Part shown: positions 50,009-63,512 of the stretch, piece by piece
Numbering within the stretch: the stretch's first letter is position 1
Layout: each line of letters starts with the position of its first letter
Source: Octopus sinensis
Taxonomy: Eukaryota
Assembly (NCBI RefSeq): GCF_006345805.1
Contig: NC_042999.1
Coordinates: 113,522,001 to 113,586,000 of the forward strand
DNA length: 64,000 bases
Direction: 5' to 3'
Translations under genes and position numbers: made by a program
Notes under the pieces: generated by a model
The model's input: only the letters and a program-made list of their open reading frames with translations
Told to the model about the DNA's origin: nothing
Database searches by the model: none

Positions 50009-52452
50009 CCAAATGACATGGATCTCATCCATAATGTGAAAGTGACACCGACACTACTCTCGGATCACAACATGATAGAGCTGACCATGTACGGGCCAAA
50101 AGAGAGCACGGACATGCAGCCTACAAGAAACCCTCAAAATCTTTCCAGCTTGAACTACCATAAGGCAAACTGGAAACAAATTGAGAAAGAGATCCTCAAA
50201 CAAAACTGGCCTAAATGTCTCTCCTCGCCAGACATCGACGTGAAACTTCAACAATTCATGTCTGTAATGCAAGCCATATGCTACAAAAGTGTCCCAGAGA
50301 GAAAGGCCACTGTACACAAGAACAAAATCCCCAGAGAGAGGAAAATTTTAATGAGACGGCGTACGAAATTTTCAAATCGCCTAAACAAACAGATTGAAAG
50401 CAGTGAAAAGTCCCGCCTAAAAATAAAACTGTTGGAAATCGAAAAATGTCTGCAACTCTCCCATGAAAAAGAAAGAGCAGACAAAGAAGCCTGGGCTATA
50501 GAAAACATAAAATCTAACCCCAGAGCTTTCTACAGGTATGCCAAAGAAACAGCTACAGTGCACTGTAGAATAGGGCCACTCCTCGAAAAGGATGGCACAC
50601 TTACAGGAAAACAATGAGGGTAAGTGAAATACTGAATGAGCAATTCAAGAGTGTTTTCACTCCACCCCTTGGGCATCTCCAAATCACCAATCCAACTGAC
50701 TTTTTTACCACTGCAGATATAAAATCAGAGGCGGCGACGATAGATTACATCGATATAAAGGAAGACGATGTAACCAAGGCTAGAGATGAAATGAAAACAG
50801 ACTCAGCTACTGGCCCCGATGGATTCCCGGCAATCCTCCTAAAAGCATGTAAGAGAGTCCTAGCAAGACCACTGCAGTTCCTCTTTCAGAGCTTCCTTGC
50901 AGCTGGCAAACTTCCAGGAAAACTGAAGGAAGGTAAAATATGCCCCATTCATAAAGGAGGTAGCAGAGCGGAAGCCAAGAACTATAGACCTATCTCTCTG
51001 ACCTCACACATCAGCAAGGTCATGGAACAAATAGTCAGAAGGAAGCTGATCACCTTCCTTGAAGAGAATGACTTGCTGCCCGACACCCAACATGGTTTCC
51101 GACCAGGGAGAAGCTGTTTAACTCAGCTCCTACAACACTATGACTGGGTGCTGAAACGGCTGCTCAACCACTCAAATGTGGAAGTGATATATCTCGACTT
51201 TGCAAAGGCCTTTGATAAAGTCGATCATGGAATGATATGTCACAAACTGCGTGATCTCAACTAGTTGGAAAACTGGGAGAATGGCTTCATGACTTTCTGA
51301 AGGATAGAAGTCAGGTGGTAGTAGCCAATGGGGCCACCTCCATTAACACACAATGGTGTTCCGCAGGGCACTGTTCTGGGACCACTACTGTTCATAATGG
51401 CCCTCTCAGACATGCCCTCAGCCACGCAGAGAGCCACGATCACAAGTTATGCAGATGATACAAAAGTTTCACAGGCAATACAGAACCCTGAGGACACTAA
51501 ACACCTGCAATGTGAGCTGGACGAAATATACAAGTGGGCTGAAAAGAATAGCATGCAGTTCAATGCTGGAAAGTTTCAAGCTTTATACTATCAGCATGCA
51601 AAACTGAATGCAATACCCAATGAATACACTGGACCCGGAGGGATTGCAATCCCAGAGGCACAATCAGTGCGTGACCTGGGTATTCACATGAGTGATGACG
51701 CGACCTTTCATGTACATGTTGCTAAACTGACAATGAAATGTAGACGGCTGGCTGGATGGATTCTTAGAACCTTTAGAACAAGAGAACAAGAAACCATGAT
51801 GGTCCTCTGGAAGACACTTGTCCTAAGCCACTTTGACTATTGCTCTCAGCTATGGTCACCATCCAGTGTCAAGTTGATCACAGAACTTGAGGCGATCCAA
51901 CGAAGCTACACAAAGAAGATAGCCTCTATGCAGAATGTAAGCTACTGGGAAAGACTCAAGAGATTAAAATTATATTCCCTGGAGCGTAGGCGGGAAAGAT
52001 ATGCCATAATATACATCTGGAAGATCCTGGAGGGAAGTGTCCTGAACTTTGGCATCGAGAGTTACGCAAATGCCAGAACTGGGCGCCACTGCGTGGTGCC
52101 TAGGACTCCAAACCTGCCATCAAGATGTAGGACAAGATTCTGTGATAGCCTGGGCTTCCGAGGCCCACAGCTCTTCAATATCCTCCCGAAGAACCTGAGA
52201 GACCTGCATGGGGTGGATACAGATGTCTTTAAAATGAAGCTGGATCTCTTCCTGTCAGGTGTCCCAGATGAACCAACTTCACGGCAGGAGGGGCAGATGA
52301 GGTCAGCTGCATCGAACTCTCTCATGCACCAAATAGCAGTTGCCAGAAAGCCTCCATGAAGTGAAACCACGTAGCAACACCAAATGGCGGTGCCCCAGCA
52401 TGGCCACAGCTCATAAGCTGAAACTAGAATCAATCAATCAATCAATCAATCA
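50009..52452 (+). mobile_element. CR1-type LINE, 5'-truncated, frameshifted ORF2, (ATCA)n tail
   Basis: SDH (end of EN), YRPISLTS, QHGFRPGRSC, YLDFAKAFDKV, GVPQGTVLGP, YADD, YCSQLWSP, LYSLERRRER. Confidence 0.92.
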
Positions 52453-52456
52453 TATA

Positions 52457-52504
<48 letters not shown>

Positions 52505-52582
52505 TATTATATATATATGCATATATGCATATATAATATATATATATATGCATATATGCATATATATATATATATAATATAT

Positions 52583-52634
<52 letters not shown>

Positions 52635-52652
52635 ATATATATATGCATATGC

Positions 52653-52683
<31 letters not shown>

Positions 52684-52808
52684 GCATATATGCAATTATA
52701 TATATATTATATATATATTATATATATATATTATATATAATATATATATATGCATATATGCTATATATATATATATATATATTATATATACATATATATA
52801 TATGCATA

Positions 52809-52839
<31 letters not shown>

Positions 52840-52861
52840 ATTATATACATATATGCATATA

Positions 52862-52894
<33 letters not shown>

Positions 52895-53128
52895 GCATAT
52901 ATATATATATATACATATGCATAATATATATTATATATATATATACATATATTATATATGCATATATATATATATATATATATATACATATTATATATAT
53001 ATATATATATAATATAATATATATACATATATATATTATGCATATATATATATATGATATATATATATATATATATATATATAATAATATATATGCATAT
53101 ATATATATTATATATATATATATATATA

Positions 53129-53169
<41 letters not shown>

Positions 53170-53315
53170 TATATATATATATGCATATATATATATATGC
53201 ATATTATATATATATATATATATATATAATATATGCAATATAATATATATATATTATATATATGCTATATATATATATATTATATAGATATATATATATA
53301 TATATGCATATATAT

Positions 53316-53349
<34 letters not shown>

Positions 53350-53414
53350 ATATATATATATATATGCATATATATATATATATAATATGCAATATATTAT
53401 ATATATATATATAT

Positions 53415-53474
<60 letters not shown>

Positions 53475-53483
53475 GCATATATA
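52453..53483. repeat. ~1-kb (TA)n tract with TGCA interruptions
   Basis: Direct reading. Confidence 0.97.
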
Positions 53484-55745
53484 TGATTGATTGATTGATT
53501 GATTGATTGATTCCAGTTCCAGCCTATGAGCTGTGGCCATGCTGGGGCACCGCCATTTGGTGTTGCTACTTGGTTTTACTTCATGGAGGCTTTCTAGCAA
53601 CTGCTATTTGGTGCATGAGAGAGTTCGATGCAGCTGCCCTCATCTGCCCCTCCTGCCGTGAAGTTGGTTCATCTGGGACACCTGACAGGAAGAGATCCAG
53701 CTTCATTTTAAAGACATCTGTATCCACCCCATGCAGGTCTCTCAGGTTCTTCGGGAGGATATTGAAGAGCTGTGGGCCTCGGAAGCCCAGGCTATCACAG
53801 AATCTTGTCCTACATCTTGATGGCAGGTTTGGAGTCCTAGGCACCACGCAGTGGCGCCCAGTTCTGGCATTTGTGTAACTCTCGATGCCAAAGTTCAGGA
53901 CACTTCCCTCCAGGATCTTCCAGATGTATATTATGGCATATCTTTCCCGCCTACGCTCCAGGGAGTATAATTTTAATCTCTTGAGTCTTTCCCAGTAGCT
54001 TACATTCTGCATAGAGGCTATCTTCTTTGTGTAGCTTCGTTGGATCGCCTCAAGTTCTGTGATCAACTTGACACTGGATGGTGACCATAGCTGAGAGCAA
54101 TAGTCAAAGTGGCTTAGGACAAGTGTCTTCCAGAGGACCATCATGGTTTCTTGTTCTCTTGTTCTAAAGGTTCTAAGAATCCAGCCAGCCAGCCGTCTAC
54201 ATTTCACTGTCAGTTTAGCAACATGTACATGAAAGGTCGCGTCATCACTCATGTGAATACCCAGGTCACGCACTGATTGTGCCTCTGGGATTGCAATCCC
54301 TCCGGGTCCAGTGTATTCATTGGGTATTGCATTCAATTTTGCATGCTGATAGTATAAAGCTTGAAACTTTCCAGCATTGAACTGCATGCTATTCTTTTCA
54401 GCCCACTTGTATATTTCGTCCAGCTCACATTGCAGGTTTTAGTGTCCTCAGGGTTCTGTATTGCCTGTGAAACTTTTGTATCATCTGCATAACTTGTGAT
54501 CGTGGATCTCTGCGTGGCTGAGGGCATGTCTGAGAGGGCCATTATGAACAGTAGTGGTCCCAAAACAGTGCCCTGTGGAACACCACTCATTATTTGCGTG
54601 TTAATGGAAGTGGCCCCATTGGCTACTACCACCTGACTTCTATTCTTCAGAAAGTCGTGAAGCCATTCTCCTAGTTTTCCAACTATGCCAAGATCACGCA
54701 GCCTGTGACATATCATTCCGTGATCGACTTTATCGAAGGCCTTTGCGAAGTCGAGATATACTTCCACATTTGAGTGGTTGAGCAGTTGTTTCAGCACCCA
54801 GTCATAGTGCTGCAGGAGCTGAGTTAAGCAGCTTCTTCCTGGTCGGAAACCTGTTGGGTGTCAGGCAGCAAGTCATTTTCTTCAAGGAAGGTGATTAGTT
54901 TCCTTCTGACTATTCGCTCCATGACCTTGCTGATGTGTGAGGTCAGAGAGATAGGTCTGTAGTTCTTTGCCTCCGCTCTGCTACCTCCTTTATGAATAGG
55001 CATATTTTACCTTCCTTCAGTCCCCTTGGAAGTTTGCCAGCTGCAAGGAAGCTCTGAAAGAGGGACTGCAGTGGTCTTGCTAAGACTCTCTTACATACTT
55101 TTAGGAGGATTGCCGGGAATCCATCGGGGCCAGTAGCTGAGTCTATTTTCATTTCATCTATAGCCTTTATTACATCGTCTTCCTTTATCTCGATGTAACT
55201 TATCGTCGCCGCCTCTGATTCTATATCTGCAGTGGTAAAGAAGTCAGTTGGATTGCTGATTTGGAAATGCCCAAGGGTGGAGTGAAAACACTCTTGAATT
55301 GTTCATTCAGTATTTCACTTACCCTCATTGTTTTCCTGTGAGTGTGCCATCCTTTTCAAGGAGTGGCCCTATCCTACAGTGCACTGTAGCCGTTTCTTTG
55401 GCATACCTGTAGAAAGCTCTGGGGTTAGTTTTTATGTTGTCTATAGCCCAGGCTTCTTTGTCTGCTCTTTCCTTCTCATGGGAAAGTTGCAGACAATTTT
55501 CAATTTCCAACAGTTTTATTTTCAGGCGGGACTTTTCACTACTTTCAATTTGTTTGTTTAGGCGATTTGAAATTTTTGTACGCCGTCTCATTAGAATTTT
55601 CCTCTCTCTGGGGATTTTGTTCTTGTGTACAGTGGCCTTTCTCTCTGGGACACATTTGTAGCATATGGCTTGCATTACAGACATGAATTGTTGAAGTATC
55701 ATGTCGATGTCCGGCGAGGAGAGACATTCAGGCCAGTTTTGTTTG
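53484..55745 (-). mobile_element. CR1-type LINE, same family as 50009, cut by the assembly gap
   Basis: ORFs 53581-54387, 54333-54797, 54943-55152 and 55325-55702 mirror the + copy; (TGAT)n tail. Confidence 0.92.
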
Positions 55746-55845
55746 NNNNNNNNNNNNNNNNNNNNNNNNNNNNNNNNNNNNNNNNNNNNNNNNNNNNNNN
55801 NNNNNNNNNNNNNNNNNNNNNNNNNNNNNNNNNNNNNNNNNNNNN
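55746..55845. other. Assembly gap (100 N)
   Basis: Run of N. Confidence 1.
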
Positions 55846-56409
55846 AATTTTAAAAAAGTTTTGATAGCATCACAGAGAAGGTGACCTAATCCAATATGAA
55901 TTTCCATAGATATGATGAGGGATTATATACTCACAGAAGACAATTTATCCATTGTTATTAGCATTACAGAGAGGGTGAATTATCCTTTGTATATATGCAC
56001 AGATTCCAATGTGTAGATGTAAATTCTGTGATAAGACTATGCATCATCTTTAAAGAACTTTAATGAACTTTAGAAATCTGTTTAATTATCTACATTACTT
56101 CATGTATAGCCTCAAACACAGGATGTCTGGAGAACTTACATGTATTTTAGCTGATGAGTACGGGACTCGTTTATATGCTGTATCTTTGCAACTTTTAATA
56201 AAACCTGTCCTTGTATGAAACGATCGTACTAAAAACCTATCCATTCTTGTTGCTTCTTCTCGCTTATAATCACCCCACATTACTGTATTGTTAAATCAGT
56301 ATAGTTTTTTTTTTGGTGCATCTAAGTTAGGTACCATATTCAAGTAAATTTTTTAATTAACTTGAATCTTTATTGCTCTTTGTATATATATATATATATA
56401 TATATATGC

Positions 56410-56485
<76 letters not shown>

Positions 56486-56510
56486 TATATATATATATAT
56501 ATATGCATAT

Positions 56511-56541
<31 letters not shown>

Positions 56542-56551
56542 GCATTATATA

Positions 56552-57222
56552 TACTTTGATACTTACTTTGATACTTTGATAGGTTTCGGCCATAATTGGC
56601 CCAGGCCATGTCTAACTTAATAGCACCACCTGGTGAAGTCTTTCAAGTCAGAATTTGGGCACTATGGTCCACTCAAGTAGAGAGTTATTGTTTACAAGAG
56701 ACATATCCGGTGTAGGGGGTTTATCCGGGATTTCTTGAAGGAATCTGTCCAAAACTTCTTGAACCCTATAGGGTCAGTTTCTGTTTTAATGTGTTTTGGT
56801 GTACTGTTAAGAGAGCGGGCCAATTGAGGTGAAATAATTGTGCCGTATTGTTGTTATGAGATGAGAGTGCGATTTTTGTTTTGGGCGGATGGCACGGGGC
56901 CCAAGCCTTGGATGTACCTTAAAGGTGATGCCAACATCATTTGGGCAATGCTGATGGAATATTTCCGCATCATGCAGATGATGTAGCGCTCACGACGACG
57001 TTGGAGAGAATAGAGTTTTAGCTTTTCTAGTCGAACCCCAATAGTCGAGGCCTGTCATGCCATCTATCTTTTTTGTGATTGCCCTTTGAGGTGCTTCAAC
57101 TGTTATGATACCTTGTATTGTGTGGGAAACCACAGTGGACAACAGTATTCAAGGTGGGGTCGGGCAAAAGTGGAGAAGAGAAGGATAATGTGTGTGGATA
57201 TCTCTCGACTGGAAAGTTCTGA
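56552..57222 (-). mobile_element. 3' fragment of a second CR1-type family with (ATCAAAGT)n tail, flanked by (TA)n on both sides
   Basis: Remnants RPHLEYCCPLWFP, KLKLYSLQRRRERY, IPDKPPTPGY. Confidence 0.8.
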
Positions 57223-57863
57223 AATATATATATATATATTATATTTTATATATTATATATATTATATATATATATCTATATATATATATATATATTATAT
57301 ATATAATATATATATATCTATATATATATATACACACACGCATATACATATATACACATACATGCATATATGCATGAACCTCCCACACATATATATATAA
57401 TGTTTATACAATGTCTATTAAAGTACACGTAACATAACTAGTGAGCATGCAACAGAGAGCTAACCATGAGAGAAATATAGACGTGTCAGTTCAACTCCAG
57501 CAACCTTGAGGGCCTGTCCTGAAATTTGTTGATTGTTATAGAAAAGCACAGAATCAACAGAACCAGAAGGCAACGGAATTGAAATGGCAGAGTTAATGGG
57601 ATGAAGAGAATGCATGGAGTGAAAATCATCTCTCTTAGCATAGTTTGTCATAATGGTCGCTTCAATGACTTAGGGAATAAGAAGTTTGAAATGTACTGAA
57701 ACAGAGTTTTGGACTATTCAAGTTTCGTAGTAATATAACAGGTGCTTCTGCTTTCAGATGTAGACTGAGAGGATGAGCAGGTGTATACTGGAGACAATTG
57801 TGAAACCCTATTCGATAATTGGTCCCCTCGTTAATGTCACCTACAGTGTAAATTGATTTGTAT

Positions 57864-58722
57864 TGTTACGCCGTCGCTCAACTCAACTCAGGACCCTAAG
57901 TCGGCGACGACGTCTACGCTCAGTCAAACGGAAATCCGCCACAGAAAGCGGAGTGTGGGCAGCGAACGCAAACCAAAAACCGAAGACAACAACAACAAAG
58001 GAGAGAGATAGCAGAGGCAGTTGCTTACATTTAACATCAATTTATAATTCACAAAATCAATTAAAACATTTCAAATACATTTAAAAAACAAGGTTTACAG
58101 ACATTTAACAATTTATAACTTTACAAAATCAATCAAACGTAATACAGAGTTAAAAACAATCAAAACAATCAATGTCATTTAGCAAAATGACAACGTCCGA
58201 CTTTTCAAAACAATCAATTGGTTGACATGCAACACAATACAGAATCACAACAAATAGTCTTTCTCTTTTCTTTTCTCTTCTTTCTTTTCTTACACAGAGA
58301 GTTCGTTCTCAGATTCCTTTTTCTTTTCTTACACAGATTACGTCACAGAGTCCCCTTTCTTTACATTCAACATCAAAGTCCAAAACACAAATCAAAACAT
58401 AAACAACAATACCGGCAACACTTCCTGAACATCACAACTCCCACTATCGTAGTCCAGCTTCTTCACGTGTCTCTCTCTGCCCCTTCTCTGTCATCTTCTT
58501 TACTACCTCTATTTGCCTCTCGCCAATTTTCACATTCACTGCCTGTCTTCCTCGCCTCTTGCCAACTGTCATCTCCTGGTTGGCTGTCTGCATCGACCGG
58601 TCGCCTCTTCCAACTGAACCCTTTTCCGGCCTTTCGCTGTCTGAACCACTAAGCACCAGTCCGTCGCATTTTAAAGGGTGGCATTTTTATTTTTCTATAA
58701 CCTTTCCCTGACCGTAATAACG
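57864..58722. mobile_element. Probable solo LTR with 5-bp TSD
   Basis: TGTTACG...TAATAACG (CA mutated to CG?); TGTAT at 57859-57863 and 58723-58727; no ORF. Confidence 0.5.
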
Positions 58723-59364
58723 TGTATAATATAACTTTAGAGAGCCAGGGTGGCACTAGCAGAAATCCGTACATGATTTTTATAATTCTGTGACAGGCTA
58801 CGATAACCTTTTGATAACATTTCTAGGGTGACAGTAGCATTAATAACTTACACATGATCATTTTGGGGAGCAGAAATTCATATGATTTTTATTATTCTGT
58901 GAGGAGCTATTGATAGACTTACGAGGATATTCTAGAGATGTATTTATATTTGGTCTACAATATTTTTGCATTTTAACGTCTTCACTGATAGGTGACTATC
59001 CAAAAACTTTTACAGTCTGAGCTGCTAAGTGCAACTCGCATGCTGGTAGAAAAATATTTTCCACTTGACTTCAAATGTAATGAGGCATACTCTCAATTAA
59101 TCAGTAAGTCTACCCTTTAGGATAACTAATAGAGTTTACTTGAAATCACTAGAGAGCAAGACTCTAGGGTTCCATCCAAGATGTTAGTATTACTTCTGAG
59201 ATCTCGTACAGTGCATTCCAAATCTTCAAATGCAAGTTTGTGGAACATTGCGCACCCATATTTTCAGTTTGGCCTGTTTCAGAACCGCTGCCTGTCCAGA
59301 TACTTTTTATGTATGTGGGTGTGATGTATGCAAGTATAATTACGCGCACATGTGTGGTGTGGTG

Positions 59365-59373
59365 CGGTGTGTG

Positions 59374-59432
<59 letters not shown>
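59365..59432. repeat. (TG)n microsatellite
   Basis: Direct reading. Confidence 0.95.
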
Positions 59433-59434
<2 letters not shown>

Positions 59435-60589
59435 CAACTTTGAATTTGAAAACGTTGAGGGGTTCCCCTTTACACAGTCGTCTCATCAGTTAGAAGTAGC
59501 AGCTCAAGATTCCCTCAAATCACACTCGACCGACAGAAAAAGAAAAGGAAGAATACACTACCTCTGAAAAATATGGGTCCTTTCTTCTGAAAGAAAAATA
59601 ACTTCCCCAGTTGCATGACACCGAGAGCATCTCCAAATATTCCGAGATTCTGATACTTCGTAGTTCTTTTTTAAAGTGGAATTGAAAATTATTCCTGTTT
59701 GTAGATAGAACAAGTGGGCTGAAATTATTGATGACTATTCTCATAAAAGTTATTTGACGCTGTGTAAGCACAGTTTAAAAATTATTAAAAATTTCAAAAC
59801 GTTTGCATAAACCAATTATTTCTTAAATTAATCCTGGAAATACATGTCTGCCACAGTGATGGTGAAACTTTCTCTTCAAGACATTCTGTGGTCTGACAGC
59901 CGTGAAGGCGTCATCGTAGTAAACAAAATTCATACACTTTCTGCATATCTCTGTTTAATTGATGGTCATTCGAAATTTCAGAATTCTCTCCCTTTATGCC
60001 TTTGATAGTAATTTACATTAACTGCAATCACCCTCCGTTTCATAACCTTTACAATTTCAATTGATTTAACATTATTTTCATTTCACCACATTAAGATTGC
60101 TTACACTGAACTATATTTCTTTGCATGAAGAAAGCAGCCTTTGGAAATTTTCCATCGTCATTATTTTAAATTGCTTAACCGGTGAATTATTTTCACACCA
60201 AAAACTACGTACTCTTCACATCAATATCTGCTTTGATAGTTAAGTGGTTCGTAAGCTTAACATGTACACAGTTGTCATCAAAGCTTCCAGAGATCACACT
60301 AACTACCCCTGTTTATCGCCATTTCAATTTTTTGCCATTTGAGATGTCGGAGTTCTCTCTCTCAGTTCTTTTCACAAGAATTTTGAGTAACATTAAGTAC
60401 TTTTCTTTCTCTCATTAAGGTTAAAATTGCAATTTATAAAACGTTATTTTGGACTTTACATGAAATATTTGTAGCTTGCACTTGACTACATGTCTTTTGA
60501 AGTGAGACCCTAAGTGAAATGCTACCTTTTCGGCCTCTTCTTTCCGTCTTCCCTAATACGGTTGAAACAGTTCAACCATTGGGAACTTA

Positions 60590-61766
60590 CATAGAAGCAT
60601 TGTTCTGAAAGTAATGCAAACGTGGACGTAATTTTTTTTTTTTATTAACTGATATATGTTGCCCAAAATTGCACATGTTTGTAGAGTAACTTATCCTCGA
60701 CACAAAGATGCTATTCAACATGGTCTCTATCATAAGCGATGCATCTGTGCCATCATTAAATCCTCTTTGAAGAAATTCATGTGTGCGCTGTTGTACCCAC
60801 CTCTTCGCAGTTCCTTTCACCTCGTCTGAGTCATCAAATCGTTGTTTTTCATTAGGCTGAACAGGCGAAAGTCGGCAAGCTCCAGAACCGGGCTGTACAA
60901 TGGATGGCGGATCACTGATCATCTCAATTTGCCGATTGCGTGGTTTGTTACAAAAGGTGTGTGTGATTGCGCATTGTCATGAGGAATGAAGGTTTTTTTA
61001 TCAGATTCTTGTTTGGTCACTTTTCTAAATGGTTTCTCTAAGCATTTTGAGCACCTCAGTATATCACTTGCTATTCATGGTAGAGCTACATTCCAGAAAA
61101 TCAATGGGAATGAGCCATTGTCATCCACAATTAATGTCACATTGATTTTCCTTGCCGATTACTGCCTCTTAAACTTCTTAGGCCTTGGAGAAGATGTGTA
61201 AAGTCATTCCATGAACTGAGCCTTTGCTTCCGGATCATGAAGAGACACTTGCATTTCATTCCTTGTCACCAGATCGAAAATAAAACGTATCTTCATTGGC
61301 TTTAAACGCTTTCATTAGACCATGAGAACTTCCACTCTTCTCTCCTTCAAATCGGCAGTCAGCTACCGAAATAACTGTCCACTATGCACACACTTTCCGA
61401 TACCTAATGTCTTCCAGCATCATTTGTGTCAGAGGCCGCAGTTGGTCATCTCATTCTGCATGGTTTATACTCAATGCTGATTTTCCCCCTTCTTAAAACT
61501 TCACCCATCTGACATCTTCGTAAAAAAACTTGTATGGTGACATCTTCGTAAAAACCTGTAGTTTTCTGTGGACAGCCTGCATCTCTCCCTTATCAAGAAC
61601 TCAATAGCACCATGTCGCTTCTGCTTGGAATCTTTAGCTTACAATGAAGAACAAGAAGAGTTACTCGAAAGGAAAAGTTACTAAACCAACGTACAATTTG
61701 AACGTTTTATGTCACTTAATAAAACAAATTATGTCCAAATTTGCTTTGCTTTCTGGACAACACTTG
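60590..61766 (-). mobile_element. Mariner (DD34D-type) transposon relic
   Basis: YRKVCA, HDPEAK.Q..E...SP.PKKFK, HDNAQSH, HPLYSP, RF..SDEVK; degraded TIRs. Confidence 0.75.
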
Positions 61767-63340
61767 TAGTTTACAGCTTCACAGCTAGCAGGGCTTCTGA
61801 AAGAAATTTTACAAAACTACTTTGGTGTCTCCGAAGTGGGCGATTTCAATATTAAAGAGGACTGTGAGTTTCTTTTGTTTGTTTTTTAAGAAGGGAATCG
61901 TCAGTTATTTCGCGGGCACCTCTTTGGTTCTCTAGACTCCGAATGAACATAGCGAGAGACCAATCGTCAAGCATATTCAGGTCTTGTTTTTATAGTTTAC
62001 TTCTAATTGCATATTTTTATTCTTTGTTTCTTTAATATTTTGAAGAGAAGGTGATAGAGTGACAGATTGATAAACTTATTCTCTTTAACAATGTTCCAAC
62101 TCCGACAAATAATATTGTACTATTTCGCATATACGGTGAAGCCAATAATCTGTTGATGAGATCGCAATAAAACCGAAACAGCCAGTTTTGTCTCCATTAC
62201 TTCTGAAAATGATAAAAAAAAAATATTAATCAATGACTTATGTTATTCTGCTTTCCTTATGACCTTATGTTCTGAGATAAAAGCTACTCAATATAAACTG
62301 AACGAATATGTTTTAGTTCTCTCTTAAAATGAAATAAAATAAAGTATTTGCTACATATTTTAAACAATTCTCTGTATTGATCGAAACTAAATTTCTGTGC
62401 ACCAAATAAATAGAATCTACTTTGATAGCTTTTCAATATGCTAGCAGTTGCGTAGTCGAAACTTTCACTTGGGATTCCCATTAAAGAAAACGTCAGTTTC
62501 CCATACAGAATATATTAGATAAAATGTATTCATATTGTATGCGTATATTACTTCTGTATATAGGATGATTTTCTTGAAGATTTAGCTGGCTTTGTTGTTG
62601 TCATCTTGTATTCTTATTAAGTTGAGGATAAAATTGTAATGTAGATAGAGATTTTCTTGAAAGTGTTACGTGGACAAATGTGATATATATTACTAATATA
62701 ATCAAATCATAGTTATCAAACAATTGTATGTTGATAATGTAGTCAAGTGAACTATATTATGGTCAGACTGTGATTTATTAGTCTATAGCAGCGATATCAT
62801 TATAGATGGGTGATAGCACCTCTTTAGGTGCTTTGTGAACTTACAAGGAGGTAGTATGTGTTTTTGAAGGGGGTCATGATTTTTCTTAGAAACAGAATAT
62901 TTTAGCCAGATACAATACTTGTATTTTAAGCACATTAATAAAATCTGGGTTGGGATTAAAATATGAATACAACGTTCTGTTATCAGTAAGTAGAAACAAG
63001 GCTGAGTATGAGCCAATGTCCGATGTCTAATATAATTTCATTATTCAAGTTCGCATCTTTTTTAGTGATTTCCATTGCTATTGAACATAGCAGGCAATAA
63101 TGCATACAAATATCTTTTTTTAAAAAAGCAAGGAAAAAGGGGGAAAAAAGCACGTGTTGGATGGAATAATGTAAGAAAATATGAAAGATAAACAATTGCA
63201 CTAAACTTCTATTTGATTCAAATCATCTTTTCCCCCACAAAACAATAGAAGAGGCGTTTCTAAACGTTGTTTAGTGAAAGAGTGCGTTGAATTATAAAAC
63301 ACTGAAAACAGTGTTTCTAGAGATTTTGGTAATTGAATTT

Positions 63341-63512
63341 CCGTATTTTAACGTGTATAAGGAACCCTTTTTTGTCAAAAATTAGGTTTAAAAAATATGG
63401 GAGTTTCTCATACATGGATAGTTTTATGATCCCTTACAAAACCTTTTTTGCCAAATTTTAAGCCCACCACCACGACCAAATTAAGGGGTTTCTTATACAC
63501 GTTTAAATACGG
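63341..63512. mobile_element. Small Tc2/pogo-like MITE
   Basis: CCGTATTTTAACGTGTATAAGGAACCC / GGGTTTCTTATACACGTTTAAATACGG-TA. Confidence 0.55.

Noticed and set aside
49309-53600. Many long I/Y/M/H-rich ORFs
   Set aside because: Translation artefacts of (TA)n tracts; the same applies at 2000-2514 and 56357-57400
55846-56350. RT-like fragment after the gap (also 57400-57800 and 63700-64000)
   Set aside because: No unambiguous motif could be read
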